Shown here: piece after piece, positions 10,386 to 46,627 of the stretch
Position numbering within the stretch: the first letter of the stretch is position 1
Layout of the letters: each line of letters opens with the position of its first letter
NCBI RefSeq assembly: GCF_022045235.1
Contig: NW_027266341.1
Location: forward strand, 35,712,001-35,776,000
Direction of reading: 5' to 3'
Length of the DNA stretch: 64,000 nucleotides
From: Haliotis cracherodii
Taxonomy: Eukaryota
The notes under the pieces: generated by a model
Told to the model about the DNA's origin: nothing
The model's input: the letters and a program-made list of their open reading frames with translations, nothing else
Databases searched by the model: none
Program-made: the position numbers and the translations under genes

Positions 10386-13300
10386 CTCCCCCTGAAGATG
10401 ATGTAGAGGATCCAAGCTTGTTGGTTTCTTGAAGAGTTGGAAACTGTTTGACTCAGTGTTACTCGATGTTTGACACAATGTTTGACTCGATATTTACATT
10501 TGAGAGACAATCAGAATGACAACGGTGACCTTTTTGTGAGAATGATAAAATGACCTGTGAGATTGCTGGATGAATATTTTTGTATGGAATAGCCATACCA
10601 GATTTGCATTGATAATTATTTTGCAAGACTGTGATACGATTATTTCAGTCCATAATCAGGGCTTTCGATGCAGGAAGGCCCTTATCATGGATTGAACAGC
10701 AGATATGGAATCCAGGTTGTTTATGACTTTGAGACAGCAAGCCAGATATATATGAACTGTCATTGAACTTCTTAATGTGCCGAGGCACTCTAGAAGTTTG
10801 AGCTCTGATGTACGACAGTTCTAGACTTGTCATGGTTGGACTATTTGAAGGTTATAGTTTTAGATTAGTTTTATCAGTCAGATACGAACACAATTATGGC
10901 ATGTTATCATACAGCTCATAGCTGAAACTCAAATCTGATGGAGATGGCGGCCATCTTGTAAAGGGAGACAACCAAGACGGATGGCAATGAATGACTCGAA
11001 TGCCATTTGAATCAATAAGACATGTGGCCATATTTTCGTCAAGGACAGATCTTGATTAGTAGGAGGTTATGAAGATTTTCAGTCTTTCATCTCATCGTTG
11101 TTGACAGTTTTGCTCATTGCAGTCAACTTGTGACAAATCCAAACCTGACCACTTCCACCACATGATACATTGGGAGGGAATAATGATAAGTTAGTATTCA
11201 TAATATTTCAAGAACGCTGTCTCAGACTCAAATTTCAGTATTATTCACACTTATTTATTTGTAAATAGGCTGGCTTTGGTTACTATTGTATATCAGAGTC
11301 ATTGATGCTTTTAAAATGTAATATCATGAAAAACACTTAATGTGTTAAACACTTACCTTAATGATATATTGTACTACAGATTTAATGTTTGTGGAATATA
11401 CCCAAAAATGTTCAAGAAATTCTAGTATCAGATGGTAAAAAAGATTGTGATTTTATTCCAAGATAATGTGTCATCGTTAGTATTTAGTTAGTTTGGTCAA
11501 TAACCTTGCTTCATAGAAGCATTTGGAATTTGTAGGGGGGCTTGAACCCCTAGATCTGTAATATTAAACATTAGGGTTATCACAGGGGCCCTCTGATTTC
11601 TTATCCTATGTTTGAACACTATAAGGGTAACGCTATTTTTCAGTGCATTATCATTTGCAGAAGCCCGAGGTCTTCTGCCCGACGAAGGATGGCAGTTGAA
11701 AAGACTGAGGGTTTCTGCAAATGATAATGCCCTGAAAAAGAGTGTTACCGTTATTATAGCTAAAATAGATGAAATTTGTCATCAAATAAAAAGAAACAAC
11801 AATATCGGTTTTGAAACATTTACTGCAATCAATATGAATGTCACTGACCACCTTTTACAAATATGGAAACGTCATAGAACAAACCAGATGACGTCACCAT
11901 TGAACGTGACATCACCTATCCCTATCCTATGACGTCACCTAACAACGGGAGTGATAATGGCCTGTCGTCAAGCAATATTAGGGCATTATCAAGTTACAGT
12001 AGCCTCCTCATTTTTGATGACATGCAGGTGGTTTAATGATAATTCTATCCATTTTAGCTATTATAAACATTAGGGTTATCACAAGGACCCCTGATTTCTC
12101 ATCCTATGTTTGAACACTGTGTAATAATCTTGTGTTCATGTCACTCAGCCAAATATGACATAGCAAATAAGAATGACTTACAGCAGATATGATCTTAAAG
12201 ATAAATATTATCTTTTTGGTGTTTCAATTTTTGTTTCATTATAACATTTTTGTATGTCAGATGGAATATAAAGAGGATGGGGAACTAATATCAGGCGTCT
12301 GTCTTTCATTAATAATTGTGGAAAATAAACTAACATGTTTGTGTTCCAAGTTCTTCTCAATATATCAGCTCCTACCATATCATGTCCCGAAACTACCAGG
12401 GACAGATAGATACTGTATCAGGAATTTGCTTGGGATAGTTTGACAGATTGTTGTAAACTTCATTTTAGTTTTGTTAGTATTTTAATGCCTCTGGTCATCC
12501 ACACCATGTTGTCTGTAGAGATGTTTTGTGTTGCAACTGATCTCACTGGTGAAACCGAACTGTCAAACTGGTTGGTCTTATCCTGTAATCGGAAAGTTTC
12601 CCCATACAAATATTTTCTGATAAGAATTAAATAAAGAATTAAAAGGATAAGAAATGCAGTTCTAGGAACCGTTGGTGCATATATGGATATAAATATTTTT
12701 TTATTATTATTATTTTTTATGTTATTTTTTATTTTTTTCATATTTGTTTTTTTTTAATAAAAAAAAGAATTTGAACAAAACCAACAGGTCTTGTTGAATA
12801 CATAATTATGTCCCTGAAATTGTAGGCGTATGACCTGTATCACTTCAGGCTTTCCATAAATGTCATGATATAACTGAAATACTCCTTCAAGCGGAATTGA
12901 AGTTCTTGAACCCAACTCAACCATTTGTTTAGTATGAAATTCAATGTAATAAATTAAAAAATTCCTCCGCCACGGCAGACATGATGCTTTTATTAGTAAT
13001 AATTATCACAAGTATTCTTTTCTACTCAATGTATTTTCATTTACTATCAAATTTGTGACACTATTTGAATAACATTTTGTAAGGTGTCAGAAGGACGTGC
13101 TGCATGCCTCCATTACTAACATGCCAAGACAGCTATTGTGATATGTATGTGTTGGTGAGCTTGGATGTTTAATTTATGTTGTGAGATTGGTGGCGATGTT
13201 CTCGTGCTGAGATGCTCTCTTGTATGTGGAAGGATACTGTTCTGCTCAATTAACAGATGCTGCTTGCACCACATCAATTCTATGCCATAAGGTCTTGTAC

Positions 13301-15077
13301 TGGTGTGTATTGTGCGCTGCATTATAGGACATACCACATATGATACTGTCATGTCAGAAGTGATGTCACTTCAAACAAGTTTTCCAAATAAGGCAAATGA
13401 TTTGTTAAAGGTGAATAACTAATATAATGAAAGAATTGAAAATTTATCTTAAAAACTCCTAAATTACTAATCATGATGAAATGTGAGAAGAGTGCAAACA
13501 AAATAATTGAAATTGGAAGTTTTCCATTATTTTTTTATAAATGATTATATCTTTCAACCTCCTGACAGCACAAAATCTATTGACCCCCCTCCAATAAAAA
13601 AGAAAGCTTGATGAATGTTACAGTGTGACCATGGTCGTAATCTTGTATCTCACAATTCATTAACAGTTGAAATTGGTTGTGTTTTGTTGCCATATCAGAT
13701 GAGGACTTTTGGTGGGAAAAGTTCCAGTTTGTGATTCTGAGAATACAATTCCAGATTTCTTTCAGGTTGATATTTAATATTGAGGGGTGATGAAATTGGA
13801 AAGTTGAGGTGTGACAAGTGAGTTAATTGAGCAACACAGTATCATTTATGAACTATTATATTCCCTACGTTTGTATTCTTTGTATATATTGCTAGATTAA
13901 TTTGAGGAAGTTAAGTCTGTTAAGATATGATTGTTCTAAATAAAACACATATTCTTTTCTCAAAAATAGTTTTTACAAAGTATTTGATTTTAAAACTGTT
14001 CATTGTTAATTGTTTAAGTTAGATTGGCTTGTTGATAGTCCTAAAGTTTATAAACTTATATATGTTAATAAAAATGATTCCTTTATGAAGTTAAAATAAT
14101 TAACAATCAAGTTTGAAATTTATTTGAAGATATTTTAACATATTCTAGGATGGAGAGTTCAAAACTAACACAGTGGACATGTGGTGTCAATTTTGGATAC
14201 AAACCACGATGCTAGTCATGAATCTTTATTATTGTATGTAAGAGACGACTAAGGGATATTGGGTAGATTGATGCTCATGATGCCAATCACTGGATTGTTT
14301 GGTCCAGACTCAATTATTTACCTACTGCCGTCATATAGGATTAAGCAACAAAATTATTATGTTATAGTCTAATAAGTCATCTTTTAATAAACACATTTCT
14401 TTTCTATAATAGGAAAATAACATTTGTTCTGTATGTTCTCTTTGAATATATGGAGCTACAACAATGCTGACTTAGCATTAAAAGTCTATTCAACATCAGA
14501 GTTAAATTTATTCCAAATCATGTCAATTTCACATTTAAAGACAACTTTTAACTATTTTTAGTATAACATGTTTATGTTTGAATTTTACTTAATCATGGCA
14601 GCCCGATTTAATATGGCTGGTGTTTGAGGTTGACATTACGTCTACAAGAGCCCCTATTGTTGCTAGGCTTTTGTACCATTTTTGTACCATTTTTGTACCA
14701 TTTGGGTCCAAGTTCCATCTAATTTATCAGACCCATGTCTGTGTGTTGTATGACTGTCCATATTCATGTCATTTCACAGTAATTTTTGGTGCACAAAATT
14801 GTCCAATCAAAATATTTTGTTCTGTCTGGGACAGTAATGTTTTTGTCATTTTTGAAAACAAAGCTCACTGCAGTTTTACCATGTTTTTTTTCCTAGATGA
14901 GTTTTGGATTTTGTTAAGAAATGTGTCTTCTTGTGTGAAACTGTTGTGCTCAGCAATTGTAAATATTGAATATTGTACATGTGAGGAAGATGCCTTGTAC
15001 ATTCTGTACAGCAGTGTGTCTCCATCTCGAAACCTCAACGGTTACTGACCAGATGGTTTGTATCAAGCTACACAAAA

Positions 15078-15115
15078 AATAAACATTTAAATATTTGCTG
15101 GTTGTTTGTATTGAG
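15078..15115 (+). terminator. Candidate distal HERC2 poly(A) signal with GU-rich downstream element
   Basis: AATAAA 15078-15083; TGTA-dense upstream (14670-15065); gctggttgtttgtattg downstream. Other AATAAA at 12630 and 12756. Confidence 0.45.
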
Positions 15116-15960
15116 AAAGCTGGGGAGAGTGGATGCCCTTGACTACCCCCCTGAAGTGGGGGAGGGGGGATGCCCCTGATTAAACATTTAAATACTTGCT
15201 GGTTGTTTGTATTGAGAAAGCTGGGGAGAGTGGATGCCCTTGACTACCCCCCTGAAGTGGGGGAGGGGGGATGCCCCTGATTAAACATTTAAATATTTGC
15301 TGGTTGTTTGTATTGAGAAAGCTGGGGAGAGTGGATGCCCTTGACTACCCCCCTGAAGTGGGGGAGGGGGGATGCCCCTGATTAAACATTTAAATACTTG
15401 CTGGTTGTTTGTATTGAGAAAGCTGGGGAGAGTGGATGCCCTTGACTACCCCCCTGAAGTGGGGGAGGGGGGATGCCCCTGATTAAACATTTAAATATTT
15501 GCTGGTTGTTTGTATTGAGAAAGCTGGGGAGAGTGGACGCCCTTGACTACCCCCCTGAAGTGGGGGAGGGGGGATGCCCCTGATTAAACATTTAAATACT
15601 TGCTGGTTGTTTGTATTGAGAAAGCTGGGGAGAGTGGAGGCCCTTGACTACCCCCCTGAAGTGGGGGAGAGTGGACGCCCTTGACTAACCCCCTGAGAGT
15701 GGACGCCCCTGATTAAACATTTAAATATTTGCTGGTTGTTTGTATTGAGATAGCTGGGGAGAGTGGATGCCCCTGATTACCCCCCTGAAGTGGGGGAGAG
15801 TGGACGCCCTTGGCTACCCCCCTGAAGTGGGGGAGAGTGGAGGCCCTTGATTTCCCCCTCCCCGAATTTGGGGAGAGTGGATGCCCTTGATCTCTTCTCC
15901 CCCCCACTGAATTTGGGGAAAGTGGACGCCTTGATTCCCCCCTGAAGTGGGGTAGAGTGG
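15078..15960 (+). repeat. 101-bp tandem array (about 6.5 copies plus degenerate G-rich tail), each unit starting with AATAAA/ATTAAA
   Basis: taaacatttaa at 15080, 15181, 15282, 15383, 15484, 15585, 15714. Confidence 0.93.
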
Positions 15961-16549
15961 ACACGCACATGCAGCGCGCCAAGGTCAGACAAGAGGGGAG
16001 AGAGCCTCAGTTCAAGGTTTTGCATTGTCACGCAATGTGCATGGTCTTTGTGGACCATGCGGTGCAAGTCGGTTGGCATCCCTGTCTGCGGATAAGATGG
16101 AGTTCAACCCTTGACAGTCCATATCACCCTAAAGTAGGGCGTTAACCTATACAACAGGAGTGATCAGGAGATGACATATCTCCCCCATTCTCGTGCAATT
16201 CAAAAATGAAGTTAGACTACTCATACCCCATTTTTGGTTCATTGCCATTGGATATTTTCAATTCAGTGAAGAGACAAATAATGCTGTTTAGTATTTTTCA
16301 AAATCCAAATTACCAAAAAACAACAGTTTAACACTAGACCGATCTATATTGCAAGTTTCATCTAGAAATAGTCAACAGTTTTGGACTTCTGGTCTGGAAA
16401 CACAAAACGAATGGAGGAATGATGGACATGCTGATAGCTATAGGTGAGGTGAGGTGAGGTGAGGTGAGGTGAAATGGGGTATAACAGTGCGTCCAAGATT
16501 ATTGCATTTATTTAACGATGTGCATGTATGTGTGTGTGTTGGGGGGGCT

Positions 16550-16801
16550 GCTTGTACTGGTCCGGACTGATGCAGATTTATAGTGCTAGCCCACTGAGAT
16601 ATACACATGAATACCCCACTCAGACACAGTATACTGACTCCGAGACGACCAGTCCTTGTTTTAGCCCCTTAATGCTGAGCACCTGGCAGGGTAACAACAG
16701 GTACTATCTGTTAACGTCTTTAGGTATGACGCGGCCGGGGATCGAACCTCAGACCTTCAACACTTGGGGCAGAGTCTCTACCACTAGACCACGGAGGCGG
16801 T
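16550..16801 (-). mobile_element. tRNA-headed SINE with gtcatacctaaagac central domain (Meta/MESC-like); related fragments at 6727-6800(+), 23755-23935(-), 57382-57480(-)
   Basis: A box tggtctagtgg and B box ggttcgatccc; domain assignment from memory. Confidence 0.75.
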
Positions 16802-16839
16802 CGCTGGTCGCTATAAATAAGTACAGGTTGTTACTAAAC

Positions 16840-16873
16840 ACAAGGCACAGTGCTATTTGTTTCATTTTTTATT
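16840..16873 (-). terminator. Candidate NBEA poly(A) signal (implies ~6 kb 3' UTR)
   Basis: AATAAA on minus strand at 16868-16873, followed by GU-rich ctgtgccttgtgttt. Confidence 0.3.
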
Positions 16874-17379
16874 ATGACAACTTGTTCCTAGATAAGAGTA
16901 CATTATTTAAAACTGCTACTAGCATTACAGAAGAGAAGCTGGAACATAGATATTTTTATACATATATGTATACATACCAATCTGGTGGCGTCAGTCACTA
17001 TCCACAAATTAATACATGCAATGAGTGCTAATGAAATATGAAGAAGCAAGGAAGCAACACTTCGGTTGGAATTCTTCTCACTGTGGTGATTTTGTGACAA
17101 TGGCGTGTACAAACACTGCATCAGAGGATTTGCAAAGAAAGAAAATTGTCATCAGCTGAATGTCAAGGTCACTTGCTTGTTCAAGTCTATTGCCATTGTT
17201 AGTTGATATTGTTAGTTGATATTGTTGACTCGGCTAAAACATCACAGATGTAAATCTATGAATGATCACATAATTGCTTGATCAAACACAAGTCACAGGA
17301 TATAATAGATATAGTCTAGCAGGACAAAGGTTATAGTAAGAATTATTTAGGTGCATCATGGTTCAGGTGAATATAGAAT

Positions 17380-17570
17380 ATGGGAATCATGTTTCACATG
17401 TCAACTCAATATGTGAAACATGTTTCACAGGTCAACCCAAAATGTGAATCACATTTTACTAAAGCTGATAATGTGAATCATGTTTCACATATCAACCCAA
17501 AATGTTAACCCAAAATGTGAATCATGTTTCTCATGTCAACTGAAATGTGAATCAATATGTGAAACATGCT
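17380..17570. repeat. Degenerate ~29-bp tandem repeat (atgtgaatcatgtttcacatgtcaacccaaa)
   Basis: 5-6 diverged copies. Confidence 0.7.
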
Positions 17571-20500
17571 TCAAACTTCAACAAAACTTGATTCAACCGA
17601 ACCAAAATCAACAGAAGATTGAGCCAGTGACCATACATACGAATTGTGCCTTATCTTACACTGGAATCATTCAAGTTGATATGTTGTGCAATAAGTTCAT
17701 CTGATTAATAAGAAAACCACAAAACTGTATTATCAACATTTGTATAAGGTATGCCATACATGCACAGGATAATCAAGAATATACACTTTGAATAACTTAC
17801 ACAGAAGCACTTCACCCAGCCCCCTCATCAAATAAATACTATAGTCCAGAGGATTACACAACCGTATTGAGAACTAGAACAACAGTCTGGACACCTGTAC
17901 AGCATATTCTTAGCTTCTAGGTTTTATATACAATTGCTTATCTTGTAGCGCTACAGCCTGTGTAGTGAACCTACAACTCACGTACACTACTCACATAGAG
18001 ATGCCATACTTTAAGGTAGAAATGAGTTATCTCCCCTTAGGATGTTCACAATTTGAAATCTTTGATACATCTTTTATACACGTACATATGACTACATCTT
18101 CATTTTTTACAAGAGAGGTAACTCTGAGAGACCATGTTTTCCCTAACACTACTGTTGGAACTTAAAATAAAAAATCTGCTAAAGGGAGATAACTCACTTT
18201 TTAATACAACAATATCATGCGTCATAGTTTCAGTTGAGGAAACATTTTGAGCAATATATACTTGGACTTGTATTGATGACAACAAGAACAGTCACCCTCC
18301 ACTCACATCTAGACAATCACCATTCATCTCTGTCTTAATATACAGGGAACCAACATACTGTTGATGGCAAACAAGAACAAATGTCTTTGATGACAAAATA
18401 GTTCCGTAGTAAGTAAACAATATACATATAACATCAATTTATTCTGCACACAAATTTTCCCAAAATTGACTGAGGAATAAATGAGAAAACCGATGACATG
18501 ACTCTCAAACAGTCAAACTAAATACGAATCTAGCTATATTTCAATCACCCACAATCAATTTCTAAGCAATGTAGCTCTCAGCTCGTACAGTCAGTACTCC
18601 CACGGCAATACTGTAAATCAGGAAATTAAAGCATGGTAAATATATTGCCAGTCTTTCCATGTTAAAAATGCAAGTCGCAATGACGGTGCATTCACTACCT
18701 GATTTGTGGGACACCGCTCTTCAACAACAAAAAGCATGGAATGCTAGTCTAAATGTACACCAAAATAAAACTGTAATAATCAACAATACAACCAGTTATA
18801 AACTTAACCATTTCAACTCAAACCATCCATTGTAAATACTAGAAAACTGACAAAACATATTGCAAGCTTTGCTCAAATAACAAATAAGAACAAAATGTTA
18901 GCACAACACTGGAATGAGCTTGAGAGTATGTTCCTAAACACTTACAGGCACATATCACTCAGTGAGACTACTTTCCTAAAACTACTTGTAACTATATATA
19001 ACATAATGTATGGTGTTGAACTGTTTACCATTTTCTAAAATCTCCCAAACTAATTTATATTAACAGAGTTGATATGTGCCCTTAAATGTTGAGAATAACA
19101 AAGAAAACATCAGATTCAGAAATACACCAGTCAAAACTGAATCTTTTTAAAAAAAAAGCATTTTACAACAGATAGAACTCTGAAAAATGGTTTAGTAGGG
19201 GAATGTTAAGCTATTAATTCACAACCAGGATACCAGAGATTAAATCATTCTGAGCTAGGATTAGTGAATTAATCGAGGTTTTGAAGGAATGTACACCAGC
19301 TAAAAATCATAGTAATTTTCAAGGGTATTCAATATATTTGATTAAGATATCTTCAAAATATATCCCACATTACTTTATTTCACAGAAAAGATATAAAACT
19401 TTATTTTTTGAAGAAAAAATTGTCCCAAAAATTCTTGAACAAAAATTCTTGTCAATTTGAAACATATGTTGGAACATAGAGGGTTAAGCAAGTCATAGAC
19501 TGCCAGGAACTCCCTCTGTACCATTTCTACACAAATATAGAACATTATTCACACATCAAGGTTAAAATCTTCTAACATATGCAGCAAGCAGACCTCTAGT
19601 TCATAATTGCATAGGCAAAATCTAACCACATCACAGCTTGGAGCAGGCAACCAATCCGTATGCCATGATGAATTGATTCTGTGTCATACAGGAATTTAGG
19701 GTGTGGATAGACTGACTCATTGACCTTATCTCATCCAGCAATTGCACAATGCAAGATTCCATTATTTGCTAAATTCACTACCCTATAAACTCCTCCCTCG
19801 TAGCCACTTAAAGTCTGGAGCTTGATTTGAACCAGTTGTTCTACAAGTAGGATCATATCCTGACAATACATCTGACAAAGGCAGTGAAGTTGAAGAATAA
19901 AACAAAAGCTATTGATATACACAGTTGCTATTCAAGCAGAGATTGATATAAACAACATATATTATGTTTTATGGCTTATTTACTTATACAAGCATTTTGG
20001 ATTGACGCATGTTAAATACTATTGTCCTACCACATGGTAACACTTCAGAATTTCTTGTAACATAACAAACCTGAGAATATGTCGCGATCACATGGTGCAT
20101 CTCCTACAATGGTAATAACGGGATGGTGTTCATTCAGTAACCAATGGTTCAAATCTCCATCAGGCTCCCAATATCACTCACACTTTATTTAATGATAAAA
20201 ATATGGGAACTTATTGCAATAACTGTCTTGTTCACAATGGAATTTTAATATTCTAAAATGTCAATCGCTCTTCATTCCCTCAAACCTTTCCATATCATTA
20301 AAGTGTTGAATGTGACAAGACATTTCTTACTAATTTCTAATGATTAGTGTTCTAGTTATATGACGGTGTGTCAGCTTAATGTGAGAGGAAAGCCGGAAAT
20401 GATGCAGGTCCCAGATGCCTACCACTTTGGTGAAACCATCAAGCACAGAAATGATGCTTACAAACCTAGAAACACAATCGGGGCGAACTGTAATTCGAAC

Positions 20501-21109
20501 CCACGATCATAGGTTTCTGGCGTGCCCAAAGGACGCAACTCAGCACACCTCTCTTAAACACTTCCCGCTGTGAAACAAATGCACTCAATAAGTGAACATA
20601 TTAATGTCTGCCCCCAAAAAACTTCAGTTAAGTTGTTCGACGCACAACTTGAACTGTGGTGTTTCGTCATTCCTTGAACGTATTTTGTGTCAGCATATCG
20701 CCAAATGAAGCGATAAAGCTGAGGAAAGTCAAATTGTCACATATATGGAGTAATAAACCACACAAAAGCGAAGTGGGTCCTAAATGATGACAGGTGAAAG
20801 TGAATAAGAGTAGGGATACTATGTTCCTGAAACTATGTCTGCATTGTAACCTCGTTGCAGGACGTCATGTTGCTGTACTATGTCATCAATGGAATGTCGC
20901 ATGTAAGAAATTGTGGGAGTATGTAAATGTGCAATTTTTTTTTTCCATTTGCTTAAAAGTGTGCACACTTAGAGAGACTTTAAGTTTTCTTACAGAATGA
21001 AATTTAAACATTCTTCTAAGTAACTGTTGCGCCTGTATGAAGGGGTGTACTGACTCCTGGTACATGCGTGTTTCAGTGAAATGCGTCGGTGTATCAGTTC
21101 AACTTTTGA

Positions 21110-21657
21110 CCATCTTCCCGAGGCAAGAGAGTTAACTGACTATAAAAGTCCAGTTTCCACCCTTGCCGAACTAGGCTGGAATTCCTGGGCTCGATCGTAG
21201 TGCCACCAGTGGCTATTACGAGTTATGTCCTTTCTATGCCTCTCCTATTGACCAATCAGATTTAACCTCGCGTATCACATGCATTTGTTTCAAACAAAAC
21301 GGTGGCGCCCAGTCAACACTATCTGATCGATAATCAAGATCTATATTGTGATAAAACGAGTATTACATCACAAAGTGCATCAAATCACTGTGAGCACCTT
21401 GATTAAAAACATAATTTTTTTTAGAAAATATCTGTTGACAACGAGTTAGCGGTGCACATGTTTTGCAAATCCTGCAGTCGACCGAAATCTGCATGACACT
21501 CTACGAACCGGCTTTCAATTTCGGTGCACGATTTTGATTGGACTATGCATAGACTCGTTAGTCCAGCCAAAATGTAACTCCATAATACCAGCCTAGTTCG
21601 GCAAGGGTGGAAACTGGACTTTTATAATCAGGTAACTCACTTGCCTCGTGAAGATGG
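21110..21657. mobile_element. MITE-like element with ~70-bp terminal inverted repeats in the putative NBEA 3' UTR
   Basis: ccatcttcccgaggcaag...cccttgccgaactaggctgg versus ccagcctagttcggcaaggg...cttgcctcgtgaagatgg. Confidence 0.85.
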
Positions 21658-22824
21658 ACAACGACAGGTGTATCACTCAGTACACCTACACTTTTAACAA
21701 AGGAAACCATAGCAACGAGACCAAAAGTGGGCTATAAATAGTAAACATCCTACAAACATCTTTCAGCGACTGTCTAGAACCCAGTGGCCTAAACATCAGG
21801 AATCTTTGACTGCTCCAAGATATTTCTCTGTGCACAAAAGCAACTGGTTATGAGGGGAATGCATTTCATCACCTCAAGCATCAAACACATCTCAATATCA
21901 TGCAGTCAATATATCATTTAGATATATTGTTGACATCTATATAAAAATAGTCTTTGGGGATGAATCTTGACACAGAGTGTGGACATAGCATATTCAACAA
22001 GGAAAAAAGAATATCAAAACTTGTAACAATCTACAACTCAAATCTACTCCTCAAAGTAGAGTTTCTGAATTCTTGCTACTTTTTTGAAATTCAAAATACC
22101 CTACAAGTTCTACGTTTACCTCTGACTGTGAGAAATATGTTAGTATACCATGGTTGTTATATATTATGATTAAGTATATTCTCTATTTTTTTATTGTTAA
22201 TAACGAATATAGTTTTATTTTAATTAACTGGTTTTTTTTCAGATTTCATAAAACGAAATCAAAATAGTTTTTTTATTAAGTGAAGTCTTAAAAGTGTAAA
22301 GTAACAAAGAAAACAAGCAAAAAAGAAGCGCAGCTTTTTGACAGATGAAATACAGGGTTACTTCCCTTCCTATTATGACCTAATTTGAATTTTTTTATTT
22401 ACTGAAATTAGTTCACATGAAGAAAATAAATTTGTTTTCAAAATATTGATTTTTAACCACATTTGTTGAATGTAGGTTTTGCAGATCCATAAACCAAGTA
22501 AGAAAAAAATATGTCTAAGTGAATTTTCAACAGGAAAAAGATTGAATAGCTTGTATGTTTCCTTCAAGCACTGGTATACATACACACGCTATTAACAATA
22601 CTGTATTACAGTTATACACTGTTCTAAAGGGATCTAGAAACACAGTATCTGTGTGATATGTTGACAATATTGGGAGTCGGCTCATCAGGGCAAAGTGACA
22701 CATTTGATCATGCATGCCACCTTCTTCCGTTTGACCTTCATCTGTCAAGGTCATAGTTCATGTCAGAGGTCACACATCAGGTCACATGACAGGCTCAGCG
22801 GTGGTATACTCCAACATGGCAGAA

Positions 22825-46627
<23,803 letters not shown>

